A stretch of DNA of 64,000 bases. Origin: Clostridia bacterium (lineage in GTDB: Bacteria; Bacillota; Clostridia; UMGS1840). The notes under the pieces are model-generated. The model had not been told where the DNA came from, made no database searches, and was given only the letters and a program-made list of their open reading frames with translations. Shown here piece after piece: positions 49,499 through 60,100 of this stretch. A program made the translations under genes and the position numbers. The first letter of the stretch is position 1. Each line of letters starts with the position of its first letter. The stretch lies in assembly GCA_017936745.1 (NCBI GenBank), contig JAGBEY010000016.1:69258-133257 (forward strand), read 5' to 3'.

Positions 49499-51478
49499 GT
49501 GGCAGAAAAAGTTTACGACAACGACAGTCTGTCCAAACTGAAGGACGAAGAACGTGTCAGACTTCGTCCCGGTGTTATTTTTGGTTCAGACGGACTTGAT
49601 GGTTGTCAACACGCCATTTTTGAAATATTATCCAACTCTATTGACGAAGCCAGAGAAGGCTTTGGTAAAAAAATTGAGGTTACCAGATTCCGTGACCAAT
49701 CGGTAGAAGTGAAGGACTATGGCCGCGGCATTCCTCTGGATTACAACTCCAAAGAGGATACCTACAACTGGCAGTTAGTATTTTGTGAATTGTATGCCGG
49801 CGGAAAATATAACAATCAGGGTGGCGAAAACTATGAATACAGCTTAGGCTTAAACGGTCTGGGCGCTTGTGCAACCCAATATGCCTCCGAATATATGAGT
49901 GTGCGGGTTGTTCGTGACGGCTACCTTTATTCCTTAGAATTTGAAAAAGGAAAAAATGTGGGCGGGTTAAAGAAGGAGCCTACCTTAGAAAAGAAAACAG
50001 GAACGGTTATCAAGTGGCGTCCCGATTTAGAGGTATTCACCGATATTGATGTACCTTTGGAATATTACATTAACACTTTGAAAAAGCAGGCAGTGGTAAA
50101 CTCCGGCATCACCTTTCTCCTGAAGGATGAAATGGAAAACGGAAAATTCCAGGAATACACATTTCTCTACAAAGATGGGATTACCGACTATGTAAGCGAA
50201 ATCACGACAGAAAAAGCACTGACCCAGATTCGCACCGTTTCTGCAGAACGAACCGGTCGCGACAGGGCAGACAAGCCGGAATATAAGGTAAAAATGAATT
50301 TCGCTTTTTGTTTCAACAACGAAGTGAACCTCATTGAATACTATCACAACTCCAGCTTCTTAGAGCATGGCGGTTCTCCTGAAAAAGCGGTAAAAAACGC
50401 CTTTGTGTATGCCATTGATAATTACATCAAGCAAACCAACAAATATAAAGCCAACGAAGCAAAAATCACTTACAACGATGTGTTTGACAGCTTGATTTTA
50501 GTTTCCAGCTCCTTCTCCACCATTACTTCCTACGAAAACCAGACCAAAAAAGCAATCACCAACAAATTCATTCAGGAAGCAATGCAGGATTTCTTAAAAG
50601 AACAGCTGGAAATTTACTTCATTGAAAATAAAACCGATGCAGAAAAAATCGCAGAACAGATTTTAGTCAACAAGCGAAGCCGTGAGCAGGCGGAAAAAGC
50701 AAAGGTCAACATCAAGAAAAAGCTGTCTCAGACGGTAGATGTTGTAAACCGTGTGCAAAAGTTTGTGGATTGCCGTACCAAGGACGCAACCCGCCGTGAG
50801 CTTTACATTGTGGAAGGTGATTCTGCATTAGGCTCCTGTAAACAGGGTCGTGATGCGGAATTTCAGGCAATTATGCCGATTCGCGGTAAAATCTTAAACT
50901 GCCTGAAAGCAGGATATGATAAAATTTTCAATTCCGAAATCATTACCGACTTAATGAGAGTGCTCGGTTGCGGTGTAGAAATCAAATTGAAAAACCAAAA
51001 AGATATGTCCGCATTTGACCTGGAAAAACTCCGTTGGGACAAAATCATTATCTGTACCGATGCCGATGTGGACGGATTCCAGATTCGTACCCTGGTTCTG
51101 ACCATGCTTTATATCTTAACCCCCACCTTAATCGAAAAAGGAAAAGTGTATATTGCAGAGTCTCCCTTATACGAAATCAACTCCAAAGAAAAAGGAACTT
51201 TCTTTGCCTACGATGAAAAGGAAAAAGCTGACCACATCTCATCCCTCGCCGGAAAGTACACTCTCCAGCGCTCCAAAGGGTTGGGTGAAAACGAACCGGA
51301 AATGATGTGGCAAACCACCATGAATCCTGAAACCCGTCGGCTCATCAAAGTAGTGCCGGAAGGGATGGTTGAAACCAAAGAAACCTTCGAATTACTGCTC
51401 GGCGACAATCTTCAGGGCAGAAAAGATTATATCCAGATGCACGGCAAAGAATATTATGAATTTTTGGATATCAGCTGA
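49499..51478 (+). CDS. Type IIA DNA topoisomerase subunit B (GyrB/ParE-like, divergent)
   Basis: VRLRPG, EILSNSIDE, DYGRGIP, LYAGGKY, TOPRIM motifs EGDSA, PIRGKILN and DADVDG, and SKGLGE. Confidence 0.92.
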   Translation: MAEKVYDNDSLSKLKDEERVRLRPGVIFGSDGLDGCQHAIFEILSNSIDEAREGFGKKIEVTRFRDQSVEVKDYGRGIPLDYNSKEDTYNWQLVFCELYAGGKYNNQGGENYEYSLGLNGLGACATQYASEYMSVRVVRDGYLYSLEFEKGKNVGGLKKEPTLEKKTGTVIKWRPDLEVFTDIDVPLEYYINTLKKQAVVNSGITFLLKDEMENGKFQEYTFLYKDGITDYVSEITTEKALTQIRTVSAERTGRDRADKPEYKVKMNFAFCFNNEVNLIEYYHNSSFLEHGGSPEKAVKNAFVYAIDNYIKQTNKYKANEAKITYNDVFDSLILVSSSFSTITSYENQTKKAITNKFIQEAMQDFLKEQLEIYFIENKTDAEKIAEQILVNKRSREQAEKAKVNIKKKLSQTVDVVNRVQKFVDCRTKDATRRELYIVEGDSALGSCKQGRDAEFQAIMPIRGKILNCLKAGYDKIFNSEIITDLMRVLGCGVEIKLKNQKDMSAFDLEKLRWDKIIICTDADVDGFQIRTLVLTMLYILTPTLIEKGKVYIAESPLYEINSKEKGTFFAYDEKEKADHISSLAGKYTLQRSKGLGENEPEMMWQTTMNPETRRLIKVVPEGMVETKETFELLLGDNLQGRKDYIQMHGKEYYEFLDIS

Positions 51479-51545
51479 TGGTTGATATCTGTGCAGTGTT
51501 TTATTCTATTTTGTTATTGAGTTTTTAAAAAAGGAGTGAACCCCT

Positions 51546-53717
51546 TTGAATCATAGAGAACAGCCTATTACCGAGACCTTACGAACCAACTATATGCCCT
51601 ATGCCATGAGTGTGATCATCTCTCGTGCCATTCCGGAAATAGACGGATTCAAGCCCTCTCACCGAAAGCTGTTATACACCATGTATAAAATGGGACTGAT
51701 CAATTCCCAACGAATCAAGTCTGCCAATGTTGTGGGCAGAACCATGCAGTTAAACCCCCACGGGGATGCCGCCATTTATGAAACAATGGTCCGTCTGACC
51801 CGAGGCAACGAAGCGTTACTGCATCCTTTGGTGGATTCCAAAGGTAACTTCGGGAAAGTGTACTCCCGTGATATGGCGTATGCTGCTTCCCGTTACACCG
51901 AAGTAAAATTAGACCCTATCTGCAGTGAATTGTTCCGTGATATTGATTCTGATACCGTAGACTTTGTGGATAACTATGACGGCACCATGAAAGAACCTGT
52001 TCTTCTGCCCGTCACCTTCCCCACTGTGCTGACAGGTGCCAATCAGGGAATTGCGGTTGGGATGGCATCCAACATTTGTTCTTTCAACTTAAGAGAAGTC
52101 TGTGATGCAACCATCGCTTACCTGCAGGATGAGGATGCAGATATTTACGAGATGATTACCGCCCCCGACTTCCCCACCGGCGGAACCATTATCTGTGACC
52201 CCGAGGCAATGAAAGAAATTCTGGCAACCGGGAGAGGGTCTTTTAAAATCCGCGGTTCATACGAATACAATAAAAAAGAAAACGTAATCGAAATCAAGGA
52301 AATTCCCTACACCACCACCATTGAAGCAATCATTGACAAAATCGTGGAAAACATCAAAAGCGGAAAATTAAGCAAGGAAATTGCCGATGTCCGTGATGAA
52401 ACCGACCTGAAAGGCTTAAAAATTGCCATTGATTTAAAACGTGGTGCAGACCCGGACGCCCTGATGCTGAAGCTATACAAAATGACTCCTCTGCAGGACA
52501 GCTTCGGTTGCAACTTCAACCTGATTGTGAACAATGAACCTGATGTGTACGGTGTGGGCGGAATTATTCACGAGTGGTCCAAATTCCGTATCAAATGCGT
52601 AAGACGGAGACTGCTGCACGACATCAAAAAGAAATCTGACAAGCTTCATCTTTTAGAAGGGCTGAAGAAAATTCTTCTGGATTTGGACAAAGCCATTGCC
52701 ATTATCCGCGGCACGGAAGATGACAGTATGGTTGTCCCCAACCTGATGGCAGGCTTCCAGATTGATGAAATCCAGGCAGAATTTATTGCAGAAATCAAGT
52801 TAAGAAACTTAAATAAAAAATACATCTTAAACCGAATCGCTGACGTGGATGATTTGAAAAAAGAAATCAAAGAGTTAAAATACTCAGCAGAACATGAAGA
52901 AGAAATCAAGAAAATCATCATTGAGGAGCTGAAAAAAATCAAAGAGAAATACGGTATGGACAGAAAAACCGCCTTTGTTCCCGAGGGTGAGGTTGACCAT
53001 TATGAAGCCAATGCCGCAATCGAGGACTATAACCTGAAACTCTTTGTAACCAAACAGCACTACATCAAAAAAATCCGCCTGACTTCCCTGAAGGCTGGCG
53101 GTGAGCACAAGTTAAAAGACGGCGATAAGGTAACTATGGAAATCGACGAAACCAACTTGGGTGAAATTTTGGTGTTTACCAATCAGTTCAATGCATACAA
53201 GCTGAAAATTCACGAAATAGATGATACCAAGCTTTCCAACTTTGGGGACTATCTCCCCTCTCTTTTGGAAATGGAAAAGGATGAAGTCCCGGTTCAGCTC
53301 TTTACAACCGGCGATTACAAGGGATTCTTCCTCTTTGTGTTTGAAAACGGAAAAACCGCTAAGGTGCCTGTGTCTGCATATCAAACCAAGACCAACAGAA
53401 AACGTCTCATTAAAGCATATTCCGATGCTTCTCCCGTGGTTCGGATTTTTAAGCTCCAGGAAGATGTGGACTTAGCTCTCTTCTCCAATATGGATAAAGC
53501 ATTGGTGGTAAATACCTCTCTTGTGAATTTAAAAACAACCCGTGACACCATCGGCGTACAAACCATGCGGCTGAAAAATGCCAAAATCAAGAAAGCAGCC
53601 TTGCTTTCGGAAACCCGAATCAAGGAGCCGGAATATTATTTAGGAAAAACCATTCCCTTAAGCGGTTGTTCGCTCCGTATGGAGGACAAAGGCTTTAAAC
53701 AACTGAAATTATTTTAG
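51546..53717 (+). CDS. Type IIA DNA topoisomerase subunit A (ParC/GyrA-like, no GyrA-box)
   Basis: RAIPEIDGFKP, PHGD, catalytic SRYTE, GIAVGMA, PDFPTGG and a shortened beta-pinwheel CTD. Confidence 0.92.
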   Translation: MNHREQPITETLRTNYMPYAMSVIISRAIPEIDGFKPSHRKLLYTMYKMGLINSQRIKSANVVGRTMQLNPHGDAAIYETMVRLTRGNEALLHPLVDSKGNFGKVYSRDMAYAASRYTEVKLDPICSELFRDIDSDTVDFVDNYDGTMKEPVLLPVTFPTVLTGANQGIAVGMASNICSFNLREVCDATIAYLQDEDADIYEMITAPDFPTGGTIICDPEAMKEILATGRGSFKIRGSYEYNKKENVIEIKEIPYTTTIEAIIDKIVENIKSGKLSKEIADVRDETDLKGLKIAIDLKRGADPDALMLKLYKMTPLQDSFGCNFNLIVNNEPDVYGVGGIIHEWSKFRIKCVRRRLLHDIKKKSDKLHLLEGLKKILLDLDKAIAIIRGTEDDSMVVPNLMAGFQIDEIQAEFIAEIKLRNLNKKYILNRIADVDDLKKEIKELKYSAEHEEEIKKIIIEELKKIKEKYGMDRKTAFVPEGEVDHYEANAAIEDYNLKLFVTKQHYIKKIRLTSLKAGGEHKLKDGDKVTMEIDETNLGEILVFTNQFNAYKLKIHEIDDTKLSNFGDYLPSLLEMEKDEVPVQLFTTGDYKGFFLFVFENGKTAKVPVSAYQTKTNRKRLIKAYSDASPVVRIFKLQEDVDLALFSNMDKALVVNTSLVNLKTTRDTIGVQTMRLKNAKIKKAALLSETRIKEPEYYLGKTIPLSGCSLRMEDKGFKQLKLF

Positions 53718-53737
53718 AGAAAAGGATACTAAAACTT

Positions 53738-54832
53738 ATGAAACTTGGAATTGTCGGACTTCCCAATGTGGGAAAATCCACCTTATTTAACGCCATCACC
53801 AAAGCCGGTGCAGAAGCACAGAACTATCCGTTCTGCACCATTGAACCCAATGTGGGAATTGTTACCGTTCCGGACCCCCGTCTGGATGTATTAACAAAAA
53901 TGTATAATTCAAAAAAGACCGTGCCTGCCATTATTGAATTTGTGGATATTGCAGGTCTGGTAAAAGGAGCGAGCAAAGGCGAAGGGCTGGGAAATAAATT
54001 CTTATCCCACATTCGTGAAGTGGATGCAGTCATTCACGTGGTAAGATGCTTTGAAAACACCAACATTGTTCACGTGGAAGGCTCTGTAGACCCTGCCCGT
54101 GATATCGAAATTATCAATATGGAGCTGATTTTTGCAGATTTGGATTCTATTGATAGAAGAATTGAACGTGCTACCAAGCAGTTAAAAGGCGATAAAAAAT
54201 ATCAGACGGAAATTGATGTGTTAAAGCACTTGAAATCCGAAATGGAGCAAGGCAAAACCGCCCGTGAGGTTGGTTTGTCCGAAGAAGAAAAAGAATTGCT
54301 CAAGGAATTGTCTCTTTTAACCTTAAAACCTGTAATTTACGCGGCAAATCTTTCCGAAGAGGATTTGAAAGAAGGCGGCGAAAACAATGAATATTTCAAG
54401 CTGTTAACCGAGCTTGCAAAAAAAGAAAATGCAAGTGTTATCCCGGTTTCTGCACAGATTGAGGCAGAAATATCCGAGCTTGATGACGAGGAAAAAGCAA
54501 TGTTTTTAGAAGAATTAGGCTTGGAACAGTCCGGTCTGGACCGACTGATTCAGGCAAGCTATTCTCTCTTGGGCTTAATCTCTTACTTAACTGCCGGAGA
54601 ACCCGAAACCAGAGCATGGACCATTGTAAAAGGTACGAAAGCACCCGGTGCGGCAGGTAAAATTCACTCCGATTTTGAACGGGGCTTTATCCGTGCTGAA
54701 GTTATCGGCTATGACGAGCTTATCGAAGCAGGCTCTATGACTGCTGCCAAGGAAAAAGGCTGGGTTCGCAGCGAAGGAAAAGAATATGTGGTAAAAGACG
54801 GCGACATTATTTTGTTCCGTTTCAACGTGTAA
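53738..54832 (+). CDS. ychF: Redox-regulated ATPase YchF
   Basis: GLPNVGKST, YPFCTIEPN, DIAGLVKGASKGEGLGN and TGS domain. Confidence 0.97.
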   Translation: MKLGIVGLPNVGKSTLFNAITKAGAEAQNYPFCTIEPNVGIVTVPDPRLDVLTKMYNSKKTVPAIIEFVDIAGLVKGASKGEGLGNKFLSHIREVDAVIHVVRCFENTNIVHVEGSVDPARDIEIINMELIFADLDSIDRRIERATKQLKGDKKYQTEIDVLKHLKSEMEQGKTAREVGLSEEEKELLKELSLLTLKPVIYAANLSEEDLKEGGENNEYFKLLTELAKKENASVIPVSAQIEAEISELDDEEKAMFLEELGLEQSGLDRLIQASYSLLGLISYLTAGEPETRAWTIVKGTKAPGAAGKIHSDFERGFIRAEVIGYDELIEAGSMTAAKEKGWVRSEGKEYVVKDGDIILFRFNV

Positions 54833-54844
54833 AGGATTTCGTTT

Positions 54845-55981
54845 ATGTATCAGTTATTAAAACAAGAGGGGGAAGCCAGACGGGGCGAATTTAAAACCGT
54901 TCACGGCACGATTCAGACCCCGGTATTTATGAATGTAGGAACTGCCGCAGCCATTAAGGGAGCAGTATCTGCTTTGGATTTAAAGGAGATTGGATGCCAG
55001 GTTGAGCTTTCCAACACGTATCATTTGCATCTTCGCCCCGGTGACACCGTCGTAAAACAAATGGGCGGACTTCATAAATTTATGAACTGGGACAGACCTA
55101 TTTTAACCGACAGCGGCGGATTTCAGATATTTTCTCTTGCCAAGCTCCGGAAAATTCAGGAGGAAGGGGTGACCTTTGCTTCCCACATTGACGGACGTCG
55201 GATTTTTATGGGACCGGAGCAATCCATGCAGATTCAATCCAACTTAGGCTCTACCATTGCTATGGCATTTGACGAGTGTGTGGAAAATCCGTCTACTCAC
55301 AGTTATGTGGAACGCTCTGCGGCGATGACAGTCCGGTGGCTGGAGCGGTGCAAAAAAGAAATGGCACGACTCAATTCCCTGCCCGATACGGTCAATCCCA
55401 ATCAGTTACTCTTTGGTATCAATCAGGGCGGCATTTACGAGGACATCCGGATAGAACATATGAAGCAGATTGCCGAAATGGGACTGGATGGTTATGCCAT
55501 CGGCGGACTTGCCGTTGGAGAAACTCATGAGGAAATGTATCGCATTATCGAAGCAGTGATGCCCTATATGCCCAAGGACAAGCCCCGTTACTTAATGGGG
55601 GTCGGCACACCCGGCAACATCTTAAATGCCGTGGCAAGAGGTGTGGACTTCTTCGACTGTGTGATGCCGGCAAGAAATGCCCGTCACGCTTCTATTTACA
55701 CAAAAAACGGCATTATGCATCTGATGAATAAAAAATATGAGACGGATGACCGTCCCATTGACGAAAACTGCAACTGCCCCACCTGCCGCAATTTTTCCAG
55801 AGCATACATCCGCCATCTGTTTAAAGCAAAGGAAATGCTGGCAATGCGGCTTTGCGTGATGCACAATTTATATTTTTACAATGAGCTGATGGCAGATATT
55901 CGCCATCACATTGAACAAGGTACTTTTACCAAATTTTACTTAGAAAAAGCACCTATCTATGACAATCATATTCAAGAATAG
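54845..55981 (+). CDS. tgt: Queuine tRNA-ribosyltransferase
   Basis: TPVFMNVGT, NTYHL, TDSGGFQ, GGLAVGE, FDCV and Zn site CNCPTC...H. Confidence 0.97.
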   Translation: MYQLLKQEGEARRGEFKTVHGTIQTPVFMNVGTAAAIKGAVSALDLKEIGCQVELSNTYHLHLRPGDTVVKQMGGLHKFMNWDRPILTDSGGFQIFSLAKLRKIQEEGVTFASHIDGRRIFMGPEQSMQIQSNLGSTIAMAFDECVENPSTHSYVERSAAMTVRWLERCKKEMARLNSLPDTVNPNQLLFGINQGGIYEDIRIEHMKQIAEMGLDGYAIGGLAVGETHEEMYRIIEAVMPYMPKDKPRYLMGVGTPGNILNAVARGVDFFDCVMPARNARHASIYTKNGIMHLMNKKYETDDRPIDENCNCPTCRNFSRAYIRHLFKAKEMLAMRLCVMHNLYFYNELMADIRHHIEQGTFTKFYLEKAPIYDNHIQE

Positions 55982-55993
55982 CTTTTTACTGTC

Positions 55994-56074
55994 GTCATTC
56001 CAAGAGGACATCACCCCGAGGAATCTTCCATTTTTTCGTTAAGATTCTTCGTCGCTTGCGCTCCTCAGAATGAC
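55994..56074. repeat. REP/MITE-like palindromic intergenic element
   Basis: GTCATTC...GAGGAATCT-spacer-AGATTCTTC...GAATGAC; two imperfect inverted arms. Confidence 0.65.
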
Positions 56075-56111
56075 AAACCAGTTAACCAAATGAAAAAAGA
56101 GGAACTCTGAT

Positions 56112-56882
56112 ATGGCAGAAATGAAAAAATTTAACGAAAACGAGCGTATCGACGATAAAATTGAGGGCAGAAACCCTGTTTTAGAAGCTTTAAAAGCGGA
56201 TACTGAAATTGATAAAATCTACGTGATGAATCACTTCAAAGACCCTATTTTGTATCAGATTGTAAAGCTTGCCAACCAGAAGAAAATCCCCGTTTCCCGT
56301 GTGGAAAAGGGAAAGCTGGACCGTATGAGCGATGTAAAAAACCATCAAGGAGTAATCGCTTCTGTATCGCAGACCAAATATGTATCGGTAGAAGAAATTT
56401 TACAGTCTGCCTATGAGAAAGGAAAAAATCCTTTTCTTGTTATTTTAGACGGTATCGAAGATACCCACAATTTAGGTGCGATTGTCCGTTCGGCAGAATG
56501 TGCCGGCTGTGACGGTGTGATTATTCCCAAGCGACGTGCCGCAGGAGTTAACAGTGGTGCTTATAAGGCATCTGCCGGGGCAGTAAACTATATGAAAATT
56601 GCCAGAGTCACCAACTTAAATTCCACCATTTTAGAGCTGAAGGAACAAGGCGTTCTCATTGTGGGAACCGATGCTTCTGCCAATATGTCGTACAAAGACC
56701 CTGACCTCACCGTTCCCCTCGCGATTGTCATCGGCTCGGAGGGCTATGGAATGAGCGAGCATGTGAAGCAAAAATGTGACACCCTGGTAAGCCTCCCCAT
56801 TTTGGGGCAGGTAAACTCTTTAAATGCCTCGGTATGTGCCGGCATTATGATTTACGAAGCTTTAGACCAGCGGATGAAATAA
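56112..56882 (+). CDS. rlmB: 23S rRNA (guanosine-2'-O)-methyltransferase RlmB
   Basis: GRNPVLEAL, HQGV, HNLGAIVRSA, GSEG and SLNASV (SPOUT fold). Confidence 0.95.
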   Translation: MAEMKKFNENERIDDKIEGRNPVLEALKADTEIDKIYVMNHFKDPILYQIVKLANQKKIPVSRVEKGKLDRMSDVKNHQGVIASVSQTKYVSVEEILQSAYEKGKNPFLVILDGIEDTHNLGAIVRSAECAGCDGVIIPKRRAAGVNSGAYKASAGAVNYMKIARVTNLNSTILELKEQGVLIVGTDASANMSYKDPDLTVPLAIVIGSEGYGMSEHVKQKCDTLVSLPILGQVNSLNASVCAGIMIYEALDQRMK

Positions 56883-56898
56883 ACCAAAAGACAATGAA

Positions 56899-56936
56899 AA
56901 AAAGGATGTAAAAGTTACCACTTTTACATCCTTTTT
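56899..56936. terminator. Bidirectional intrinsic terminator
   Basis: Perfect inverted repeat AAAAAGGATGTAAAAG-ttacca-CTTTTACATCCTTTTT between convergent genes. Confidence 0.85.
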
Positions 56937-56937
56937 A

Positions 56938-57084
56938 TTATTTATTATTTTCCTGAAGCTCTTGGAATTTTGCTTTATCCTCTTCACCGGCTTCTGACAC
57001 AGAATACTTTCCGCAATTGGGGCACTGAATGGTTTCGCCCCGTCTTTCAAAAACAAATTCGCATAAGGAACATTTATAAATCAT
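56938..57084 (-). CDS. Small zinc-ribbon/rubredoxin-like protein (48 aa)
   Basis: RBS GAGGAG; YKCSLC...CPNCG (two CxxC pairs); has its own promoter. Confidence 0.7.
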   Translation of the reverse strand: MIYKCSLCEFVFERRGETIQCPNCGKYSVSEAGEEDKAKFQELQENNK

Positions 57085-57128
57085 ACCGCTCTCCTCTGAA
57101 AACCTTCCAACATTTAAATCCAAGCGAT

Positions 57129-57157
57129 ATTGTATCATATTTTCCTTGGAATTGCAA
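57129..57157 (-). promoter_or_regulatory. Sigma-A promoter for the small zinc-ribbon gene
   Basis: TTGCAA-17 bp-TACAAT with TG extension. Confidence 0.65.
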
Positions 57158-57184
57158 GGCTTTTTTGAAATATTTCAAAAGAAT

Positions 57185-60100
57185 TTATTCCAAAACCTCT
57201 GCCTGTGTCACGGGAACCAGATAGCTTGTGCCGGAAGATGTCAAAACCTTCACACTATCATACTGATAAGAAGTGCTGACAGGATAAGAAAGCACATCTC
57301 CCGTATAGACCGCACCGGTAACATATACCAGCTGTTTGCCACGATAACAAGCCAATGTCACGGCAGTTCCCTCCGGCAGATTGACCGGAGTTACCGCATA
57401 GGTCTTTTTCCCGTCCACAGTGCTTACTTTTGTATCGGTATAAACCGATTTTTGAACAACGGGATAGAGATTGGTAACGCCATTTCCCATAGTAAATGTG
57501 CTGCCATCTGCATATTTGGGAGTGGTTGCATTTTCGGTGGTTGCCCATCCTGCGAGAGTGTATCCCAACTCCGCGGGAAGTGGCTGGGTCAAGGTCACAG
57601 CCCGTTTTTTAATAGTGGGAATGGTTTTCACTGCATTCTCACCTAAGTGGAATACCAACACAGCAGACTGGTAATTGTATGCTCTGGGAGCATTGATTAA
57701 CTGGTCGTTAGAGGTAGTGCCAATGTTAATCTGATTCCACGCAGTCTCTGTTCCGATGTAGTACACGGTTTTTAATGCACTGCATCCGCTGAATGCATAG
57801 CTTTCAACAGTTTTTAAGTTGCTTCCCAACCCGATTTTAGCCAGTTTACTGCAGCCGCTAAAGGCATACGTTTTGATTGTTTCAAGGCTGTTTGGCAGGA
57901 AAATGTCGGTTAAACCGGTGCAGCCGCTAAACGCATATCCATCAATTGCGGTAACACCTTCGGGAATATAAACTGTGGTTAACAGCGTACTGTTCTGGAA
58001 GCAGTTTCCTGGAATTTTTGTGATTCCGTTGGGTAATATAATCTCAGCCAGCTTACAATTGTAAAAAGCATAGCTTCCGATTTCGGTAACTGTATCTGGC
58101 AAAGAAACCGTCTTATTATAATACAGACTGTAAAATGCGGCTTTCCCGATGGAGGTAACTCCCTCTTTTACAGTTACAGAAGTAAAGTATTTGCTGAGAG
58201 AATACCACGGTGCCCGTTTAGCAGCAACGTATGGCTCATAATCATACATTCTGCCATATCCCCAAATGGTAAGTATCTTATCGGAAGTGATGTTCCAATA
58301 CACATGATCTCCGCATTGTCCGGAATAAATCACATTGCTGTAATCCGAGAATGTCACTTTGGCATTCTGAATCGGTGTATTATTCGTGCCGACGGTGATA
58401 GCACTCCACATACCTTTAGAGCCGTTAAAATGCACATCCGTCAGCCTGTTACAATTGTGAAACGCATAGTTTCCGATTGCAGTAACATTTTTTCCGATCG
58501 TCGCTTTCTCAAGGGAAGTACACCCGTAGAAGGTGTAAGTATTGATGGTGGTTACCCCCTCCGGCAAAGTAATATCGGTCAGAGAAGAACAATCGGAAAA
58601 TGCAGCCTGTCCAACGACAGTAACAGTATCCGGAATGGTGAGTGCGGATAAGGAAGCACACTGATAAAACATTTCTGCAGAAATCTGAGTCAGGCACTCG
58701 GGCAGTGACACAAATTCCAAAGAAGAACAATTCCGGAACATGCCTACTCCGCCATTAGTGAGTGTGTCGGGTAAAAATGCCCGTTTCAATGCAGTACAAC
58801 CTGAAAACAATCTTGGTGCCACTGAAACCGAAGCGAGAATGGTTGCCTCTTCCAATGCAGTACAATCTAAAAACACATCTCCTCCCATTGTGGTAACAGA
58901 TGCCGGAACGGTTACTTCTTTCAAGCCTGTATTGCCACAAAAGACAAATTCATTTAGTGTAGTCAGGTTATCGTGTAACAAAATGCTCATCAAGTTGGCA
59001 CCATCCGAAAAAGCATATCTGCCAATGGTGGTTACCGTTTGGGGCAATTCATAGTATGCCTGGGATTTTTGTGCAGGATACCAGATTAAGGTAGTCATAT
59101 TTTTGTTAAAAAGAACTCCATCAAGAGTGGTATACATAGAATTGGTATCGGATACGGTAATCTCCTTCAATGAAGTACATCTTGAAAAATCATTGGTTTT
59201 CCAGTCGAGAGTAGAATTTTCCAAGTGAACAAACTCCAATCCGGAGCAATCCGCAAAAATATTATTCTCCTTGGAGGTAAGATTCTGAGGAACGGTTACT
59301 TCTTTCAAAGAAATACATTTTTGGAATGCACACACCCCTAAAGCAGTAATCTTCGAGCTGAAGGAAACCTCCAAAAGTGCGCTGCATCCCCAAAACGCGC
59401 AATCGTCAATAGTAGTTAAAGAAGCAGGGAATGTAAATTGAGACAAAGATACACAGCCTTCAAAAGCATAGGTACCGATTACCGTGATGCTATCGGGTAA
59501 AATCACCTGAGAAAGTGCAGGGCAGCTGTAAAAAGTACGAGATTCCACCGCTGTGAGTCCCCCAATCATTTCCACAGACTGTAAATTGTCACAACCGGAA
59601 AAAACAGAATCCTCCATAGTGAGGTTTTCCACCACAATCCGAACAGTGTCCAGATTATCACAACCGGAAAATGCTCCGCTTCCAATGGTGAGTGTCTGTT
59701 TTTCCAGATTCAGAGTGCTGAGTCCACTCATACTGAATGCCCCATCCCCGATTGCGGTCACACTGTCAGGAATGGAAACACTGACTAAGTTGCGATAAAG
59801 ATAATCTGTGGTATTGCAGTAGAAAGCATAGTCACCAATGTCAGAGACCCCATCCTCAATTAAAACAGCAACAATAGATTTTGCATAAGGCTTCCACGGA
59901 GGAGGCGTTTCCCCAAGGGGAGAAATGCCGTAATCGTCCATTTCGCCCGAACCCGAAATCGTCAGAATCCCCTGAGAATTCAACTTCCATGTAAGATTTG
60001 CGCCACAAGTTCCCTGGGCAACCACATCATCAGATACCAAACAATTCAGCTGGGCATTGATAAGGCACTGATTTCCGTTCCCCAGCTTAATACGTTCAAA

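Noticed and set aside
51467-51489. Hairpin GATATCAGC-tgatg-GTTGATATC over the topoisomerase B stop
   Set aside because: No adjacent U-tract and it lies within an operon; no function can be supported.
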